NCBI RefSeq assembly: GCF_046545655.1
Contig: NZ_JBKGZG010000001.1
Coordinates: forward strand, 25,705 to 89,704
Source of the DNA: Thiohalorhabdus sp.
GTDB taxonomy: Bacteria; Pseudomonadota; Gammaproteobacteria; Thiohalorhabdales; Thiohalorhabdaceae
Reading direction: 5' to 3'
Length of the DNA stretch: 64,000 nucleotides
Below the pieces are notes generated by a model. The model did not search any database and was not told where the DNA came from. It saw only the letters and a list, made by a program, of their open reading frames with translations. Shown here piece by piece: positions 1 through 12,536 of the stretch (its first letter is position 1; the number at the start of each line of letters is the position of its first letter). Position numbers and translations under genes: made by a program.

Positions 1-753
1 AAGCTTGGGCGTGGAGGCGAGCAGGGCGGTGATCGGGGACGGCGCGCCCTGGTAGACGTCGGGCACCCACATGTGGAAGGGAACGGCGCCCAGCTTGAAG
101 GCCAGGCCGATGGCGACGAACACCACGCCCATTACCATGAGGGGATCGTCCACCCCCACCTCGCCCGCGTGACTGGCCACGTCGGCGATCAGCAGGCTGC
201 CGCTGGCGCCGTAGAGCAGCGAGAGGCCGTAGAGGAAGACCCCGGAGGCCAGCGAGCCGAGGATGAAGTACTTGAGCGCCCCTTCGGTGGCCGGCACCGA
301 GTCCCGGTCCATGGCGATCATGGTGTACAGGGACAGGGACATGAGCTCCAGGCCCAGGTAGGCCATCAGGAGCGTCCCCGCGGAGGCCATGAGCATCATG
401 CCCGTAGTGGCGAGCAGCACGAGGATGAACAGCTCGCCCTTGTACATCTCCAGGCGCTGCAGCGGACGGCGGGCGTAGATCACCACCAGGGCCGTCATCA
501 CCAGGAGCACGAGCTTGAGCACCCCGCTGAGGGAGTCGTGGACGAAATGGCCGTGGAAGGCGGTCTCCCTCGCCTCGGGCAGACCGGTGATGGCCAGCAG
601 GGCCCCCACCAGCAGGGTGAGCACGGTGGCGCCATAGGTGATGCCCCGCTGCCCCGGCTTCAGGTACAGGTCCAGAACCAGGATCACGCAGGCCATCGCC
701 ACCACGAAAAGCTCGGGGAGGATGGCCCCCAGGTCGCTCGCTGAAAACTCCAT
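1..753 (-). CDS. nuoN: NADH-quinone oxidoreductase subunit N (5' part only; gene continues beyond window start)
   Basis: The minus-strand frame is open to the window edge, with ATG at 751-753. The translation starts MEFSASDLGAILPELFVVAMA..., is hydrophobic and multi-TM (ND2/NuoN-like), and lies directly after nuoM in the canonical nuoA-N order. It is not in the ORF track because it is truncated. Confidence 0.9.
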   Translation of the reverse strand, partial: MEFSASDLGAILPELFVVAMACVILVLDLYLKPGQRGITYGATVLTLLVGALLAITGLPEARETAFHGHFVHDSLSGVLKLVLLVMTALVVIYARRPLQRLEMYKGELFILVLLATTGMMLMASAGTLLMAYLGLELMSLSLYTMIAMDRDSVPATEGALKYFILGSLASGVFLYGLSLLYGASGSLLIADVASHAGEVGVDDPLMVMGVVFVAIGLAFKLGAVPFHMWVPDVYQGAPSPITALLASTPKL

Positions 754-790
754 GCGTTCCTACCCTCTTACCCGGGATCGCTTGCCGCGA

Positions 791-2269
791 TCAGAGCTTG
801 GTGGTGTTGGCCTGCTCGACCAGCTGGGTGACCGAGCTGTCCATGATCTCCAGGAAAGGCGCGGGCCACAGCCCCATCAGGAGCACGAGGACCGCCAGGG
901 GTGCGAACACCCACTTCTCCCGCACGGACATGGGCGGCATCTCGCGTTCGACCTTTTCGGAGGTAACGGCCCCGAAGATCACCCGCTTGTACAGCCACAG
1001 CGTGTAGGCGGCGCCGAGGATCAGGGTAGTGGCGGCCAGGACGGCAAACCAGGGCTGCACCTTGAAGGCTCCCAGGATCACCATGAACTCGCCCACGAAC
1101 CCGGAGGTCCCCGGCAGGCCGGCGTTGGCCATGGCAAACAGCATGAAGAAGGCGGCGAACACCGGCATCACATTGGCAACGCCGCCATACTCGCTGATGC
1201 GCCGCGTGTGCAGGCGGTCATACATGACGCCGATGCACAGGAACAGCGCGGCGGAGACGAAGCCGTGGGAGATCATCTGCACGAGTCCCCCGGCGACGCC
1301 CTGGTTGTTGAACATGAAGTAGCCCAGGGTCACGAAGCCCATGTGGGCGATGGAGGAGTAGGCCACCAGCTTCTTCATGTCCTCCTGCACCAGGGCCACC
1401 AGGCCGATGTAGACCACCGCCACCAGGGACACAGCGATCACCAGCCAGGCCAGCTCGTGGCTGGCGTCCGGGGTGATGGGCAGGGAGAAGCGCAGGAAGC
1501 CATAGCCGCCCATCTTCAGCATGATGGCCGCCAGGATCACCGACCCGGCGGTCGGCGCCTCCACGTGGGCGTCGGGCAGCCAGGTGTGCACCGGCCACAT
1601 GGGCACCTTCACGGCGAAGGCGATCAGGAAGGCCAGGAAGATCCACACCTGCTCCGCAAGGGACAGCTGGACATCGTGCAGGGCGAGGATGTCGAAAGTG
1701 CCGGCCTGGGCGTAGAGGTAGACCAGGGCCACCAGCATCAGCACGGAGCCGAAGAAGGTGTAGAGGAAGAACTTGATGGTGGCGTAGATGCGGTTGGGCC
1801 CGCCCCAGATCCCGATGATCAGGAACATGGGGATCAGCATGGCCTCCCAGAACACGTAGAACAGCACCGCGTCAAGCGCCGAGAAGACGCCGATCATGAG
1901 GCCGTTCATGATCAGGAAGGCGGCCATGTACAGGGGCACCTGCCGGGTGATGGATTCCCAGGAGGCGGCCACGGCGATCACCGTGGACAGGGAGGTGAGC
2001 AGCACCAGCAGCACCGACAGCCCGTCCACGCCGAGCTTGTAGTGGATGTCGAAGGCCGGGATCCACACCCGGTCCTCGACGAACTGCATGCCCGCCGTTC
2101 CGGTGTCGAAGCCCACCAGCAGCAGCGTGGTGATCAGGAACACCACGCCGGATACCACCAGGGCCAGCCACCGCGCCATCTCATCGCGATTGCGGCCCAG
2201 GGCCAGGACCAGCAGCCCGCCCAGGATGGGCAGCCAGACGGATAGACTCAGGATGGGAAGCTGTTCCAC
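791..2269 (-). CDS. nuoM: NADH-quinone oxidoreductase subunit M
   Basis: 492-aa ORF starting MEQLPILSLSVWLPILGG. It is an antiporter-like ND4/NuoM protein (WLPDAHVEAPTAGSV) in the expected operon position. Confidence 0.97.
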   Translation of the reverse strand: MEQLPILSLSVWLPILGGLLVLALGRNRDEMARWLALVVSGVVFLITTLLLVGFDTGTAGMQFVEDRVWIPAFDIHYKLGVDGLSVLLVLLTSLSTVIAVAASWESITRQVPLYMAAFLIMNGLMIGVFSALDAVLFYVFWEAMLIPMFLIIGIWGGPNRIYATIKFFLYTFFGSVLMLVALVYLYAQAGTFDILALHDVQLSLAEQVWIFLAFLIAFAVKVPMWPVHTWLPDAHVEAPTAGSVILAAIMLKMGGYGFLRFSLPITPDASHELAWLVIAVSLVAVVYIGLVALVQEDMKKLVAYSSIAHMGFVTLGYFMFNNQGVAGGLVQMISHGFVSAALFLCIGVMYDRLHTRRISEYGGVANVMPVFAAFFMLFAMANAGLPGTSGFVGEFMVILGAFKVQPWFAVLAATTLILGAAYTLWLYKRVIFGAVTSEKVEREMPPMSVREKWVFAPLAVLVLLMGLWPAPFLEIMDSSVTQLVEQANTTKL

Positions 2270-2305
2270 GAGGTCCTCTCCCGAAGCGTTTTCCCGGACC
2301 GACGG

Positions 2306-4228
2306 TTATCGGATCAGGTACCAGCTGACCAGGACGAACACCCCGATCAGCATGGAGAAGGCGTAGTGATAGACGTAGCCGCTCTGCATGGCCCGAAGCC
2401 GGCCGGACAGGGCGGCGACGCGGCGCGCGGTGCCGTTAACCAGGCCGTCGTCGATGATGTCCTGGTCGCCCCGCCGCCACAGGAAACGGCCGAGACCGAT
2501 GCCCCCCTCGGCGAACACCCGGTCAAAGAGCGCATCGAAGCCGTACTTCTTGTCCAGGATCCCGTACACGGGGCCGCTGGCGTCGGCGATCTTTGCCGGC
2601 AGGTCCGTACGCACCATGTACAGGTAGTAGGCGGCGCCGATGCCCAGTAGCGCCAGGGCCAATGGGATGTAGACCTGCCAGCCACCGTGGTGGTGGTGCA
2701 GCTCCTCCAGGACGCGGTGCCCCTCGGCCACGTACAGGGCATCGCCGAAGAACCCGCCGAAGGCCACGGGCTCGATCCAGACGAAGCCGGCAAACACCGA
2801 AGGGAGGGCGAGCAGGATCAGCGGCACGGTGATCACCCGGGGCGATTCATGGACGTGCGCCTTGGTGTGCTCGTCCATGCGCTCCTCGCCGTGGAAGGTC
2901 ATGAAGTACATGCGGAAGGTGTACAGGGCGGTGACTACCACGCCGGCCAGCACCGCCAAGTGGGCGAACCCGGCCCCCGGGATGTGCGAGAGCGCGGTGG
3001 CCTCGATGATGGTGTCCTTGGAATAGTACCCCGCGAAGGGCCAGATCCCGGCCAGCGCCAGGGCGCCGATCAGGAAGGTCCAGTGGGTGATCGGCATGTG
3101 CTTCTTCAGGCCGCCCATCTTGCGCATGTCCTGCTCGTCCAGTACGGCGTGGATGGCCGAGCCGGCGCCCAGGAACAGCAACGCCTTGAAGAAGGCGTGG
3201 GTCATGAGGTGGAAGATGCCCGCCGCATAGGCGGACACGCCCATGGCCACCACCATGTAGCCCAGCTGGCTGAGGGTGGAGTAGGCGATCACCCGCTTGA
3301 TGTCGTTCTGCACCAGCCCGATGAGGGCCATGAACAGGGCGGTCACCGCGCCGACAATCAGCACCACTGCCAGGGCGGTCTCGCTGTGCTCGAAGATGGG
3401 GGACAGCCGCGCCAGCATGAAGACACCCGCGGTCACCATCGTGGCGGCGTGGATCAGCGCCGAGATGGGCGTGGGGCCCTCCATGGAGTCCGGCAGCCAC
3501 ACATGCAGCGGCACCTGGGCCGACTTGCCCATGGCGCCCACGAACAGGGCGATGGCGATGAAGGTCACCACCGACCACTCCCACCCGGGGAAGAGGGCGA
3601 AGGTGGTCCCGGCCAGGTCCCCCACCTGCTCGAACACGGCGTCATACTGCAGGGTGCCGAACCAGGCGTAGATGGCAGCGATGCCCAGCAGGAAGCCGAA
3701 GTCGCCCACGCGATTGACCAGGAAGGCCTTGAGGTTGGCGGCGATAGCCGTGGGCCGCTTGTACCAGAAACCGATCAGGAGGTAGGAGACCAGCCCCACG
3801 CCTTCCCAGCCGAAGAACAGCACCAGGAAGTTGTTGCCCATGACCAGCATGAGCATGAAGAAGGTGAACAGGGAGATGTAGCTGAAGAACCGGTTGTAAC
3901 CGGGGTCCCCGTGCATGTAGCCGATGGTGTAGACGTGCACCAACAGGCTGACGAAGGTGACCACCGTCATCATCAGGGCGGTCAGCGGATCGATGAGGAA
4001 GCCCACCTCCAGGCTCAGGTCCCCGCTCACCAGCCAGGTGTAGACCGTGCCGTTGAAGGTGTTGCCCTGCAGGACGTCGGCCAGGACGTAAAGGGAAAGC
4101 AAGAAGGAGATGGCCACACCGGGAATCGCCCAGCGATGCCCCACCTCCCGGTCGCTCAGGGCCTTGGTCCCGGCCATGATGGCCCCCGCCAGCGAAGCCA
4201 GCGGGATCAGCAGGTAAAGCGCTTCCAT
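2306..4228 (-). CDS. nuoL: NADH-quinone oxidoreductase subunit L
   Basis: 640-aa ORF, ND5/NuoL-like (WLPDSMEGPTPISALIHAATMV, HLMTHAFFKALLFLGAGS), in the expected operon position. Confidence 0.97.
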   Translation of the reverse strand: MEALYLLIPLASLAGAIMAGTKALSDREVGHRWAIPGVAISFLLSLYVLADVLQGNTFNGTVYTWLVSGDLSLEVGFLIDPLTALMMTVVTFVSLLVHVYTIGYMHGDPGYNRFFSYISLFTFFMLMLVMGNNFLVLFFGWEGVGLVSYLLIGFWYKRPTAIAANLKAFLVNRVGDFGFLLGIAAIYAWFGTLQYDAVFEQVGDLAGTTFALFPGWEWSVVTFIAIALFVGAMGKSAQVPLHVWLPDSMEGPTPISALIHAATMVTAGVFMLARLSPIFEHSETALAVVLIVGAVTALFMALIGLVQNDIKRVIAYSTLSQLGYMVVAMGVSAYAAGIFHLMTHAFFKALLFLGAGSAIHAVLDEQDMRKMGGLKKHMPITHWTFLIGALALAGIWPFAGYYSKDTIIEATALSHIPGAGFAHLAVLAGVVVTALYTFRMYFMTFHGEERMDEHTKAHVHESPRVITVPLILLALPSVFAGFVWIEPVAFGGFFGDALYVAEGHRVLEELHHHHGGWQVYIPLALALLGIGAAYYLYMVRTDLPAKIADASGPVYGILDKKYGFDALFDRVFAEGGIGLGRFLWRRGDQDIIDDGLVNGTARRVAALSGRLRAMQSGYVYHYAFSMLIGVFVLVSWYLIR

Positions 4229-4315
4229 GGTTGCCGCTTCCCCTTCCGAGTGGTTGGTCGCACCCCGCCAGCCGCGTGCGGGGCCCCTTTTGGATTCCGG
4301 TCCCGGGGCGGGCCG

Positions 4316-4621
4316 TCAGCCTTGCAGGCTGTTGATATCGTCCACGTCGATGCTGCGCTTGTTGCGGAAAAACAGCACCAGAATGGCCAGCCCGATGGCC
4401 GCCTCCGCGGCCGCCACCGTGAGGATGAAGAACACGAACACCTGGCCGTCGAGGTTGTTGAGGTGCTGACTGAAGGCGATGAAGTTGATGTTCACCGCCA
4501 GGAGGATCAGCTCGATGGCCATCAGGATGGTGATGACGTTCTTCCGGTTGAGGAAGATCCCCATCACGCCGATGGCGAAGACGATCGCACCCAGCACCAG
4601 ATAGTTCGAAAGCGGAATCAT
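4316..4621 (-). CDS. nuoK: NADH-quinone oxidoreductase subunit K
   Basis: 101-aa, 3-TM protein starting [28 protein letters not shown], typical of ND4L/NuoK. Confidence 0.96.
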   Translation of the reverse strand: MIPLSNYLVLGAIVFAIGVMGIFLNRKNVITILMAIELILLAVNINFIAFSQHLNNLDGQVFVFFILTVAAAEAAIGLAILVLFFRNKRSIDVDDINSLQG

Positions 4622-4661
4622 GCGTTCTCCCAGGTCCTGTACGGGACGTCCGCCCGTGGTC

Positions 4662-5279
4662 CTATTGGTCGGTGCCCTGGCCGCCCTCGGAGGGCATGTC
4701 CACCATGCGCACGCGGTCGCCGCGCCGTACCTGCACCTGCTCCCCGGGCTCCTGGTACTTGGAATCGGGCCGGCGGCGCAGGGTCAGGGCGATGGCCGCC
4801 ACCAGGGCAACCAGGAGCACCAGGGCCGCCACCTCGAAAGGCAGGAAGTAGTCGGTGTACAGCACCCGGCCGAGGAGGGTGGTGTTGCCCGCCTCCTCGC
4901 CGCCGAGGGCGCTGTCCCCGCCGATCATCGGGGCCTCGCCCCCGGCGGTGAGCGCCATGGCCATCTCCACCACCAGGATGAAGGCGATCACCGCCCCCAG
5001 CGGCAGGTAGTTGAGAATCCCCTCCCGCATCCGGGACAGGTTGATGTCGAGCATCATGATGACGAACAGGAACAGCACCATGACTGCCCCCACGTACACC
5101 AGGATCAGGGTGAAGCCGAGGAACTCGGCACCGGCCAGGATGAACAGGGCCGCGCCGTTGAAGAAGGCCAGCACCAGGAACAGCACCGAATGGACCGGGT
5201 TGCGGGCCGAGATCACCATGAAGGCGGAGGCCACCAGGATGGTGGCGAACAGGTAAAAAATGGCCTCTAGGGCAGACAT
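4662..5279 (-). CDS. nuoJ: NADH-quinone oxidoreductase subunit J
   Basis: 205-aa ND6/NuoJ-like membrane protein in the expected operon position between nuoI and nuoK. Confidence 0.94.
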   Translation of the reverse strand: MSALEAIFYLFATILVASAFMVISARNPVHSVLFLVLAFFNGAALFILAGAEFLGFTLILVYVGAVMVLFLFVIMMLDINLSRMREGILNYLPLGAVIAFILVVEMAMALTAGGEAPMIGGDSALGGEEAGNTTLLGRVLYTDYFLPFEVAALVLLVALVAAIALTLRRRPDSKYQEPGEQVQVRRGDRVRMVDMPSEGGQGTDQ

Positions 5280-5394
5280 GGTCGCTGTCTTTCCTCGCTT
5301 GCGCGGTCGCTAGTAGGTGACTCGCCGGTAGTGGCACACACGCGCCTCCCCTCGGCCCCGGACGAGGGGGCCGGGCCATGCCCGGGAGGGGCGC

Positions 5395-5880
5395 TCATCG
5401 GTATGGCGCATCCAGGCGCCGGTTCTCGGCAATCTCCGCTTCGTACTTGTCGCCGATGGCCAGCAGGGTTTCCTTGCCGTAGATCAGATCGCCCCGCTCC
5501 TCCCCGTGGAACTCGAAAATGTGCGTCTCCACGATGGAATCCACCGGGCAGGACTCCTCACACAGCCCGCAGTAGATGCACTTGGTGAGGTCGATGTCGT
5601 AGCGGGTGGTCCGGCGGGTGCCGTCGTCCCGCTCCTCGCTCTCGATGGTGATGGCCAAAGCGGGGCAGACGGCCTCGCACAGCTTGCAGGCAATGCACCG
5701 CTCCTCGCCGTTCGGATACCGCCGCAAGGCATGGAGGCCGCGGAACCGCGGCGACATCGGCGTGTACTCGTCCGGGTACTGGACGGTTATCTTCCGCTTG
5801 AACATGTGGCGGCCCGTGAGCATAAGGCCGCGCCACAGCTCCGTCAAAAAGAAGGTCTGGAAGAACCTCGGGCCGGACAT
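5395..5880 (-). CDS. nuoI: NADH-quinone oxidoreductase subunit I (2x[4Fe-4S])
   Basis: It carries two ferredoxin motifs, [12 protein letters not shown] and [13 protein letters not shown] chose the start at [12 protein letters not shown] (ATG 5878-5880) rather than the ORF-track ATG at 5895, by analogy with NuoI N-termini. Confidence 0.94.
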   Translation of the reverse strand: MSGPRFFQTFFLTELWRGLMLTGRHMFKRKITVQYPDEYTPMSPRFRGLHALRRYPNGEERCIACKLCEAVCPALAITIESEERDDGTRRTTRYDIDLTKCIYCGLCEESCPVDSIVETHIFEFHGEERGDLIYGKETLLAIGDKYEAEIAENRRLDAPYR

Positions 5881-5898
5881 GGTTCGTGCTCCCATCTA

Positions 5899-6954
5899 TC
5901 AGTGGAAGATCGGGGCCAGGGGCGTCAGGTTGGCCACGGCGATCACCAGGATCCACACCAGCGTCACCGGGATGAAGACCTTCCAGCCCAGCCGCATGAT
6001 CTGGTCATAGCGGTAGCGCGGAAAGGTTGCCCGGAACCAGAGGAAGAAGAACAGGAACAGCGCTGTCTTCAGCAGCAGCCATACGGGGCCCGGGATCCAG
6101 GTAAAGGGGGCCACCGGCAGCGGGGCATCCCAGCCGCCCAGGAACAGCAGGGCGGTGAGGATGGAGATCAGGATCATGTTGGCGTATTCCGCCAGGAAGA
6201 ACAGGGCGAAGGTCATGCCGGCGTATTCCACGTGGAAGCCCGCCACGATCTCCGATTCGCCCTCGGCCACGTCGAAGGGCGCGCGGTTGGTCTCCGCCAC
6301 GCCGGAGACGAAATAGACCACGAACAGCGGTAGCAGGGGCAGGAAGTACCAGTTCCAGATGCCGCCCGTCTGCCCCGCCACGATCTCACCGATGTTCAGG
6401 CTGTTGGCGGCCATGATCACGCCGATCAGCGCGAACCCCATGGCGATCTCGTAGGCGATCATCTGGGCGCCGGCCCGCATGGAGCCGAGGATGGCGTACT
6501 TCGAGTTGGCGGCCCAGCCCGCCATGATGATGCCGTAGATCCCTAGGGCCGTTACCGCCAGCAGGAACAGCAGGCTGACGTCGATGTCCGCCAGCACCGG
6601 GGTAACCTCCCCGATGGGGGTGTCGTAGGTGGGCCCGAAGGGAATCACCGCCCAGGCCAGCAGCGCGGGACCAAGGGACAAGATGGGGGCGATGATGTAG
6701 ACGCCGCGGTTCGACTGCGACGGGAAGATGGATTCCTTGAACAGCAGCTTCAGCGCATCGGCGATGGGCTGCAGCCAGCCCCGTGGACCGACCCGGTTGG
6801 GTCCCACCCGCAGCTGGATGTAGCCGATCACCTTGCGCTCGGCGAAGGTCAGGTAGGCCACCGCGAGCATCAGCGGCACCAGGACGGCCACGATTTGGGC
6901 CAGAATCCAGGCCACCGGCAGGACGTACTCGAATGTCCATGAGGCCAAGGTCAT
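5899..6954 (-). CDS. nuoH: NADH-quinone oxidoreductase subunit H
   Basis: 351-aa ND1/NuoH-like polytopic protein ([21 protein letters not shown]). Confidence 0.97.
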   Translation of the reverse strand: MTLASWTFEYVLPVAWILAQIVAVLVPLMLAVAYLTFAERKVIGYIQLRVGPNRVGPRGWLQPIADALKLLFKESIFPSQSNRGVYIIAPILSLGPALLAWAVIPFGPTYDTPIGEVTPVLADIDVSLLFLLAVTALGIYGIIMAGWAANSKYAILGSMRAGAQMIAYEIAMGFALIGVIMAANSLNIGEIVAGQTGGIWNWYFLPLLPLFVVYFVSGVAETNRAPFDVAEGESEIVAGFHVEYAGMTFALFFLAEYANMILISILTALLFLGGWDAPLPVAPFTWIPGPVWLLLKTALFLFFFLWFRATFPRYRYDQIMRLGWKVFIPVTLVWILVIAVANLTPLAPIFH

Positions 6955-7013
6955 CCATCACCCCTTAAGTTTGGTACCCGGAAACCGGGCCGGCGGCGCG
7001 CCGGCCCCGGTGG

Positions 7014-9368
7014 CTACTTGTTCGTTTCCACCCGCACTCGCCCGTAGATGGGACCCAGCGGGGCGGAATCCTCCCCAGCCGGAATCCACGTCGCCCCGCG
7101 GGGGACCCCTTCGTCCAGATGCACCGGAAGCCAGACCGCTCCCCCGTCCCCGGCGAAGTGCGCCTCGGCGAACTCCCGGAGGCCGAGCTCGGCGGCGGTG
7201 TCGGGGTGCAGGAAGGCCCGCAGGCCGCCGAACTGCTCCTGGAGGGCCGGAGCGTGCCGGACGAACAGGTCGTCGTGGTAGATGTGCCGGCTGGGGATCC
7301 GCCACAGCCCCTCCCCGCCGACGGCCTGGGGCTCGGGCTCGTAGGCCACCTCCGCCGGGGACCCGCCCAAGGTGATGCCGGCCCGGGCCACCGCGGCCTC
7401 CGCGTGGGTACGGATCTCGTCCACCTCCACGAACTCGCTCCCGGGCACCCCCAGGCTGTGGGCGAGGACCCGCAGGACCTTCCAGGCCGGCCGGGCCTCG
7501 CCGGCGGGCTTGGCCGCCGGACGCATGGCCTGCAGCCGGCCCTCCCCGGACAGATAGGTTCCCTCGTTCTCCGGGGGGGCGGCCGCGGGCAGCACCACGT
7601 CGGCGTGCTCCGCCGTGGCCGACCAGTGACTGGTGATCACCAGGCGGAATTCCGCCCCGTCGAGGGCCCGCCGCGCGGCCGCTGGATCCCCGGCCTCAAC
7701 CAGCGGGTCGGCGCCGACCACCAAATAGCCCTTGCGGCCCTCCTCGCCAAGGAAGGACGTGGCGGGACGTCCCTGGCGGACGCCGTCGCCGCCGGGACCC
7801 TGGTGCGGAACGCAGCCCATGGCCCACGCCCCCACGCTGTTGGCGTAGGGCGCCAGGTAGCCAAAGCGGGCCCCAGCCAAGTCGGCGAGGCGGCGTGCCA
7901 GGGCGATGATCTCCGCGGCCTGCGGGTGCTCCTGGGCCTGGGTGCCCACCAGAACCGCCACCCGTTCCCCTTCGTGCAGGGAGCGGGCCACCCGCTCCAG
8001 GGCCTGCTGCTCCAGCCCGGCCTCCTCCGCGCCCGTGTCGGCCGGGGCGGACTTTTCGGCGGCACGGGCTACGGCCGCGGCCAGGGCGGCCACCGCCGGC
8101 GATTCGGCGCCGGGGGCGTGCACCAGGTGGTCCAGATGGCGGAAGTTCTCCGAATAGGCCACGGGGTTCAGGGTGGAGATCTCGGCGCCCTTCTTGGCGG
8201 CCTTGTGCAGCCGGTGGTTGGCCAGGGGCTGGTCCTTGCGGGGGTTGCCGCCGATGACCAGGGCCGCGTCCACCGCCTCCAGCTCCTCCAGCGTCTGCCC
8301 CAGCAAGGGGGTGGCGTCGGCGATATGGGTATCGAAGTCGCCGTCGGTCCAGTGCTGGCGATGGTCCACCTCCGTGGCGCCAACCCCCCGCACCAGGTGC
8401 TGGGTGAGCCACTGCTCCTCCAGGGTGGCGGTGGGCGCCACCACGGCGGCGAGGTCCTTGCCCACCGCGCGTAGGCCGCGCAGTGCCGCATCGAAGGCCG
8501 CCTCCCAGGAGGCCTCCTGCCACTCGCCTTCCCGGCGGATCATGGGGGCGGTAACCCGCCCGTGCTCCACGGCCTCGTAGGAGAAGCGGCCCTTGTCGCA
8601 GATCCACTCCTCGTTGACCGCCTCGTTCACTACCGGCAGGGCGCGCTTCACCTGGCCCCGCACCTCCTCGATCTCCATGTTGCAGCCCACCGAGCAGTGG
8701 GGGCACACGGTCTCGTGGCGCTTCATCTCCCACACCCGCGCGGTGAAGCGGTACGGCTTGGAGGTGAGCGCCCCCACCGGGCAGAGATCGATCATGTTGC
8801 CGGAGAGCTCGGACTCCACCGTGCTTCCCACGTAGGTGCCGATCTCCATGTGCTCGCCGCGGAAGGCCGCCCCGAGCTCCATCTGTCCAGCCACCTCCTG
8901 GCCGAAGCGCACACACCGGGTGCAGTGGATGCAGCGGGTCATCTCGGTCTCGATGAGGGGACCGAGGTCCTCGTCCTCCACCGCGCGCTTCTCTTCCTGG
9001 TAGCGCGAATGGCCCGAGCCGTGGGCCATGGCGAGATCCTGCAGGTCGCACTCGCCGCCCTGGTCGCAGATGGGGCAGTCCAGCGGGTGGTTGATGAGCA
9101 GGAACTCCATCACCCCGCGGCGCGCGTCCACGGCCGTCTCCGAATGGGTGTGGATGTGCATGCCGTCGGAGATGGGCGTGGCGCAGGCCGGCACCGGCTT
9201 GCGCATCTTCTCCACCTCCACCAGACACATCCGGCAGTTGGCCGCCACCGACAGCTTGCGGTGGTAGCAGAAGCGGGGCACATCGATGCCCAGCTGGTCA
9301 GTGACCTCGATGATCATCTGCCCGTCGTCGACGGTGTGCGGCTCGCCGTTTATGTAGATCTCGGCCAT
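7014..9368 (-). CDS. nuoG: NADH-quinone oxidoreductase subunit G
   Basis: 784 aa. The N-terminus has 2Fe-2S and 4Fe-4S cysteine motifs (CYHRKLSVAANCRMC, CPICDQGGECDLQ, CIHCTRCVRF), followed by a molybdopterin-oxidoreductase-like domain. Confidence 0.97.
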   Translation of the reverse strand: MAEIYINGEPHTVDDGQMIIEVTDQLGIDVPRFCYHRKLSVAANCRMCLVEVEKMRKPVPACATPISDGMHIHTHSETAVDARRGVMEFLLINHPLDCPICDQGGECDLQDLAMAHGSGHSRYQEEKRAVEDEDLGPLIETEMTRCIHCTRCVRFGQEVAGQMELGAAFRGEHMEIGTYVGSTVESELSGNMIDLCPVGALTSKPYRFTARVWEMKRHETVCPHCSVGCNMEIEEVRGQVKRALPVVNEAVNEEWICDKGRFSYEAVEHGRVTAPMIRREGEWQEASWEAAFDAALRGLRAVGKDLAAVVAPTATLEEQWLTQHLVRGVGATEVDHRQHWTDGDFDTHIADATPLLGQTLEELEAVDAALVIGGNPRKDQPLANHRLHKAAKKGAEISTLNPVAYSENFRHLDHLVHAPGAESPAVAALAAAVARAAEKSAPADTGAEEAGLEQQALERVARSLHEGERVAVLVGTQAQEHPQAAEIIALARRLADLAGARFGYLAPYANSVGAWAMGCVPHQGPGGDGVRQGRPATSFLGEEGRKGYLVVGADPLVEAGDPAAARRALDGAEFRLVITSHWSATAEHADVVLPAAAPPENEGTYLSGEGRLQAMRPAAKPAGEARPAWKVLRVLAHSLGVPGSEFVEVDEIRTHAEAAVARAGITLGGSPAEVAYEPEPQAVGGEGLWRIPSRHIYHDDLFVRHAPALQEQFGGLRAFLHPDTAAELGLREFAEAHFAGDGGAVWLPVHLDEGVPRGATWIPAGEDSAPLGPIYGRVRVETNK

Positions 9369-9457
9369 TGAACCCTACCCTTCTCGGTGAGGCCGTGCCT
9401 TTGCCGATACCCCCCCGCCGACCGCTGCCCGGCGGGGCACCAAGCCCGTTGGGACCC

Positions 9458-10780
<1,323 letters not shown>

Positions 10781-10805
10781 TGCTCTTTCCCGTTCGCCTT
10801 CGGCT

Positions 10806-11279
10806 CTAGTCGAGGCTGGCGAGGATCTCGTCCATCCGCTCGGGGGAGACGTCCTCGTAGTAGTCCTTGCCGATCCAGACCACCGGGGCCCCGCCGCAGG
10901 CCCCCAGGCATTCCACCTCGGTGAGGGTGAAACGCCCGTCCTCCGTGGTCTCCCCGAAGTCGATCCCCAGCTGGCCGCGCAGGTGGTCGACGATGCCGTC
11001 GGACCCGCAGAGCATGCAGGAGAGGTTGGTGCACACCTTGATCTGGTGCCGGCCCACCGGGGAGCGGTTGAACATGTCGTAGAAGGTGGCCGCCTCGTAG
11101 ACCTTGATGGGCTCCAGCTCCAGGTACTCGGCGATGGCCTCCAGGGTCGGCTCGTCCAGCCACCCGTATTCGTCCTGCGCGGCGTGGAGGGCCCAGATCA
11201 GCGCCGAGCGGTTCTGCTCCGCGGGGTACTGGGCCCGCGCCTCATCGATCTTGTTGCGAACGGACTCGGAGAGTTGCAT
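10806..11279 (-). CDS. nuoE: NADH-quinone oxidoreductase subunit E
   Basis: 157 aa, thioredoxin-like 2Fe-2S subunit (CTNLSCMLCG ... ECLGACGGAP). Confidence 0.96.
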   Translation of the reverse strand: MQLSESVRNKIDEARAQYPAEQNRSALIWALHAAQDEYGWLDEPTLEAIAEYLELEPIKVYEAATFYDMFNRSPVGRHQIKVCTNLSCMLCGSDGIVDHLRGQLGIDFGETTEDGRFTLTEVECLGACGGAPVVWIGKDYYEDVSPERMDEILASLD

Positions 11280-11282
11280 GGC

Positions 11283-12536
11283 TTACCTGTCGATCTCACC
11301 GAACACGATGTCCTGGCTCCCGAGGATGGTCACCACGTCCGCGAGCATGTGGCCGCGGGCCATCTCGTCCATGGAGGCCAAGTGCGGGAAGCCGGCCGCC
11401 CGGATCTTCACCCGGTAGGGCTTGTTGGCGCCGTCGGAGACCAGATAGACCCCGAACTCGCCCTTGGGGTGCTCCACCGCCTGGTAGGTCTCTCCCGGCG
11501 GGATGTGGAAGCCCTCGGTGAACAGCTTGAAGTGATGGATGAGGGCCTCCATGGACTGCTTCATCTCCGCGCGCGGCGGCGGGGACACCTTGTAGTCGTC
11601 GCTCTTCACCGGGCCGGGGTTCTCGCGCAGCCAGTCCACGCACTGCTTGATGATCTTCACCGACTCGCGCATCTCCTCCACGCGGACGAGGTAGCGGTCG
11701 TAGGTGTCACCGGTCCGCCCCACCGGGACGCGGAAGTCCATGCGATCGTACACGGCGTACGGCTGCTTCTTGCGCAGGTCCCACTCGATGCCCGAGCCCC
11801 GCAGCATGGGGCCGCTGAAGCCAAGCTGCTTCGCCCGCTCCGGGGAGACCACGCCCACCCCCACCGTGCGCTGCTTCCAGATGCGGTTGTCGGTGAGGAG
11901 GGTCTCGAAATCGTCGATGCTCTGCGGGAAGAACTCGGTGAAGGCGTCGATGAAGTCCAGGAGGGAGCCCTCCCGGTACTGGTTCATCTCCTTGACGTCC
12001 TTCTCCGAATGCCACTTGGAGGGCTGGTACTTGGGCATGGCGTCCGGGAGGTCCCGGTTCACCCCGCCCGGGCGGTAGTAGTTGGCGTGCAGACGCGCTC
12101 CGCTGGCCGCCTCGTAGGCGTCCATGAGGTATTCCCGGTCCCGGAAGCAGTACAGGAACATGGTCATGGCGCCGATATCCATGGCGTGGGCGCCGAGCCA
12201 CATGAGGTGGTTCAGGATCCGGGTGATCTCGTCGAACATGACCCGGATATACTGCGCCCGCTCCGGCACCTCGATGCCCCGCAGCTTCTCGATCGCCAGG
12301 CAGAAGGCGTGCTCGTTGGAGAGCATGGAAACGTAGTCCAGGCGGTCGAAATACGGCAGGGCCTGCATGTAGGTCTTGTGCTCGGCAAGCTTCTCGGTGC
12401 CGCGGTGCAGCAGGCCGATGTGGGGATCCGCCCGCTGCACCACCTCGCCGTCGAGCTCCAGGACCAGCCGCAGCACCCCGTGGGCGGCCGGATGCTGGGG
12501 GCCGAAGTTGAGGGTGTAGTTGCGGATCTCAGCCAT
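11283..12536 (-). CDS. nuoD: NADH-quinone oxidoreductase subunit D
   Basis: 417 aa starting [31 protein letters not shown] (49-kDa subunit). It is a separate gene, not fused to nuoC as in E. coli. Confidence 0.97.
   Translation of the reverse strand: MAEIRNYTLNFGPQHPAAHGVLRLVLELDGEVVQRADPHIGLLHRGTEKLAEHKTYMQALPYFDRLDYVSMLSNEHAFCLAIEKLRGIEVPERAQYIRVMFDEITRILNHLMWLGAHAMDIGAMTMFLYCFRDREYLMDAYEAASGARLHANYYRPGGVNRDLPDAMPKYQPSKWHSEKDVKEMNQYREGSLLDFIDAFTEFFPQSIDDFETLLTDNRIWKQRTVGVGVVSPERAKQLGFSGPMLRGSGIEWDLRKKQPYAVYDRMDFRVPVGRTGDTYDRYLVRVEEMRESVKIIKQCVDWLRENPGPVKSDDYKVSPPPRAEMKQSMEALIHHFKLFTEGFHIPPGETYQAVEHPKGEFGVYLVSDGANKPYRVKIRAAGFPHLASMDEMARGHMLADVVTILGSQDIVFGEIDR

Noticed and set aside
5280-5394. 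115-bp structured spacer between nuoJ and nuoI (for example CCCCTCG-N8-CGAGGGG at 5348-5369), and similar GC hairpins in the nuoK-nuoL, nuoG-nuoH and nuoF-nuoG spacers
   Set aside because: Short GC-rich intra-operon hairpins are common in high-GC genomes and probably just affect mRNA stability. They show no similarity to the REP-like elements and have no U-tracts.
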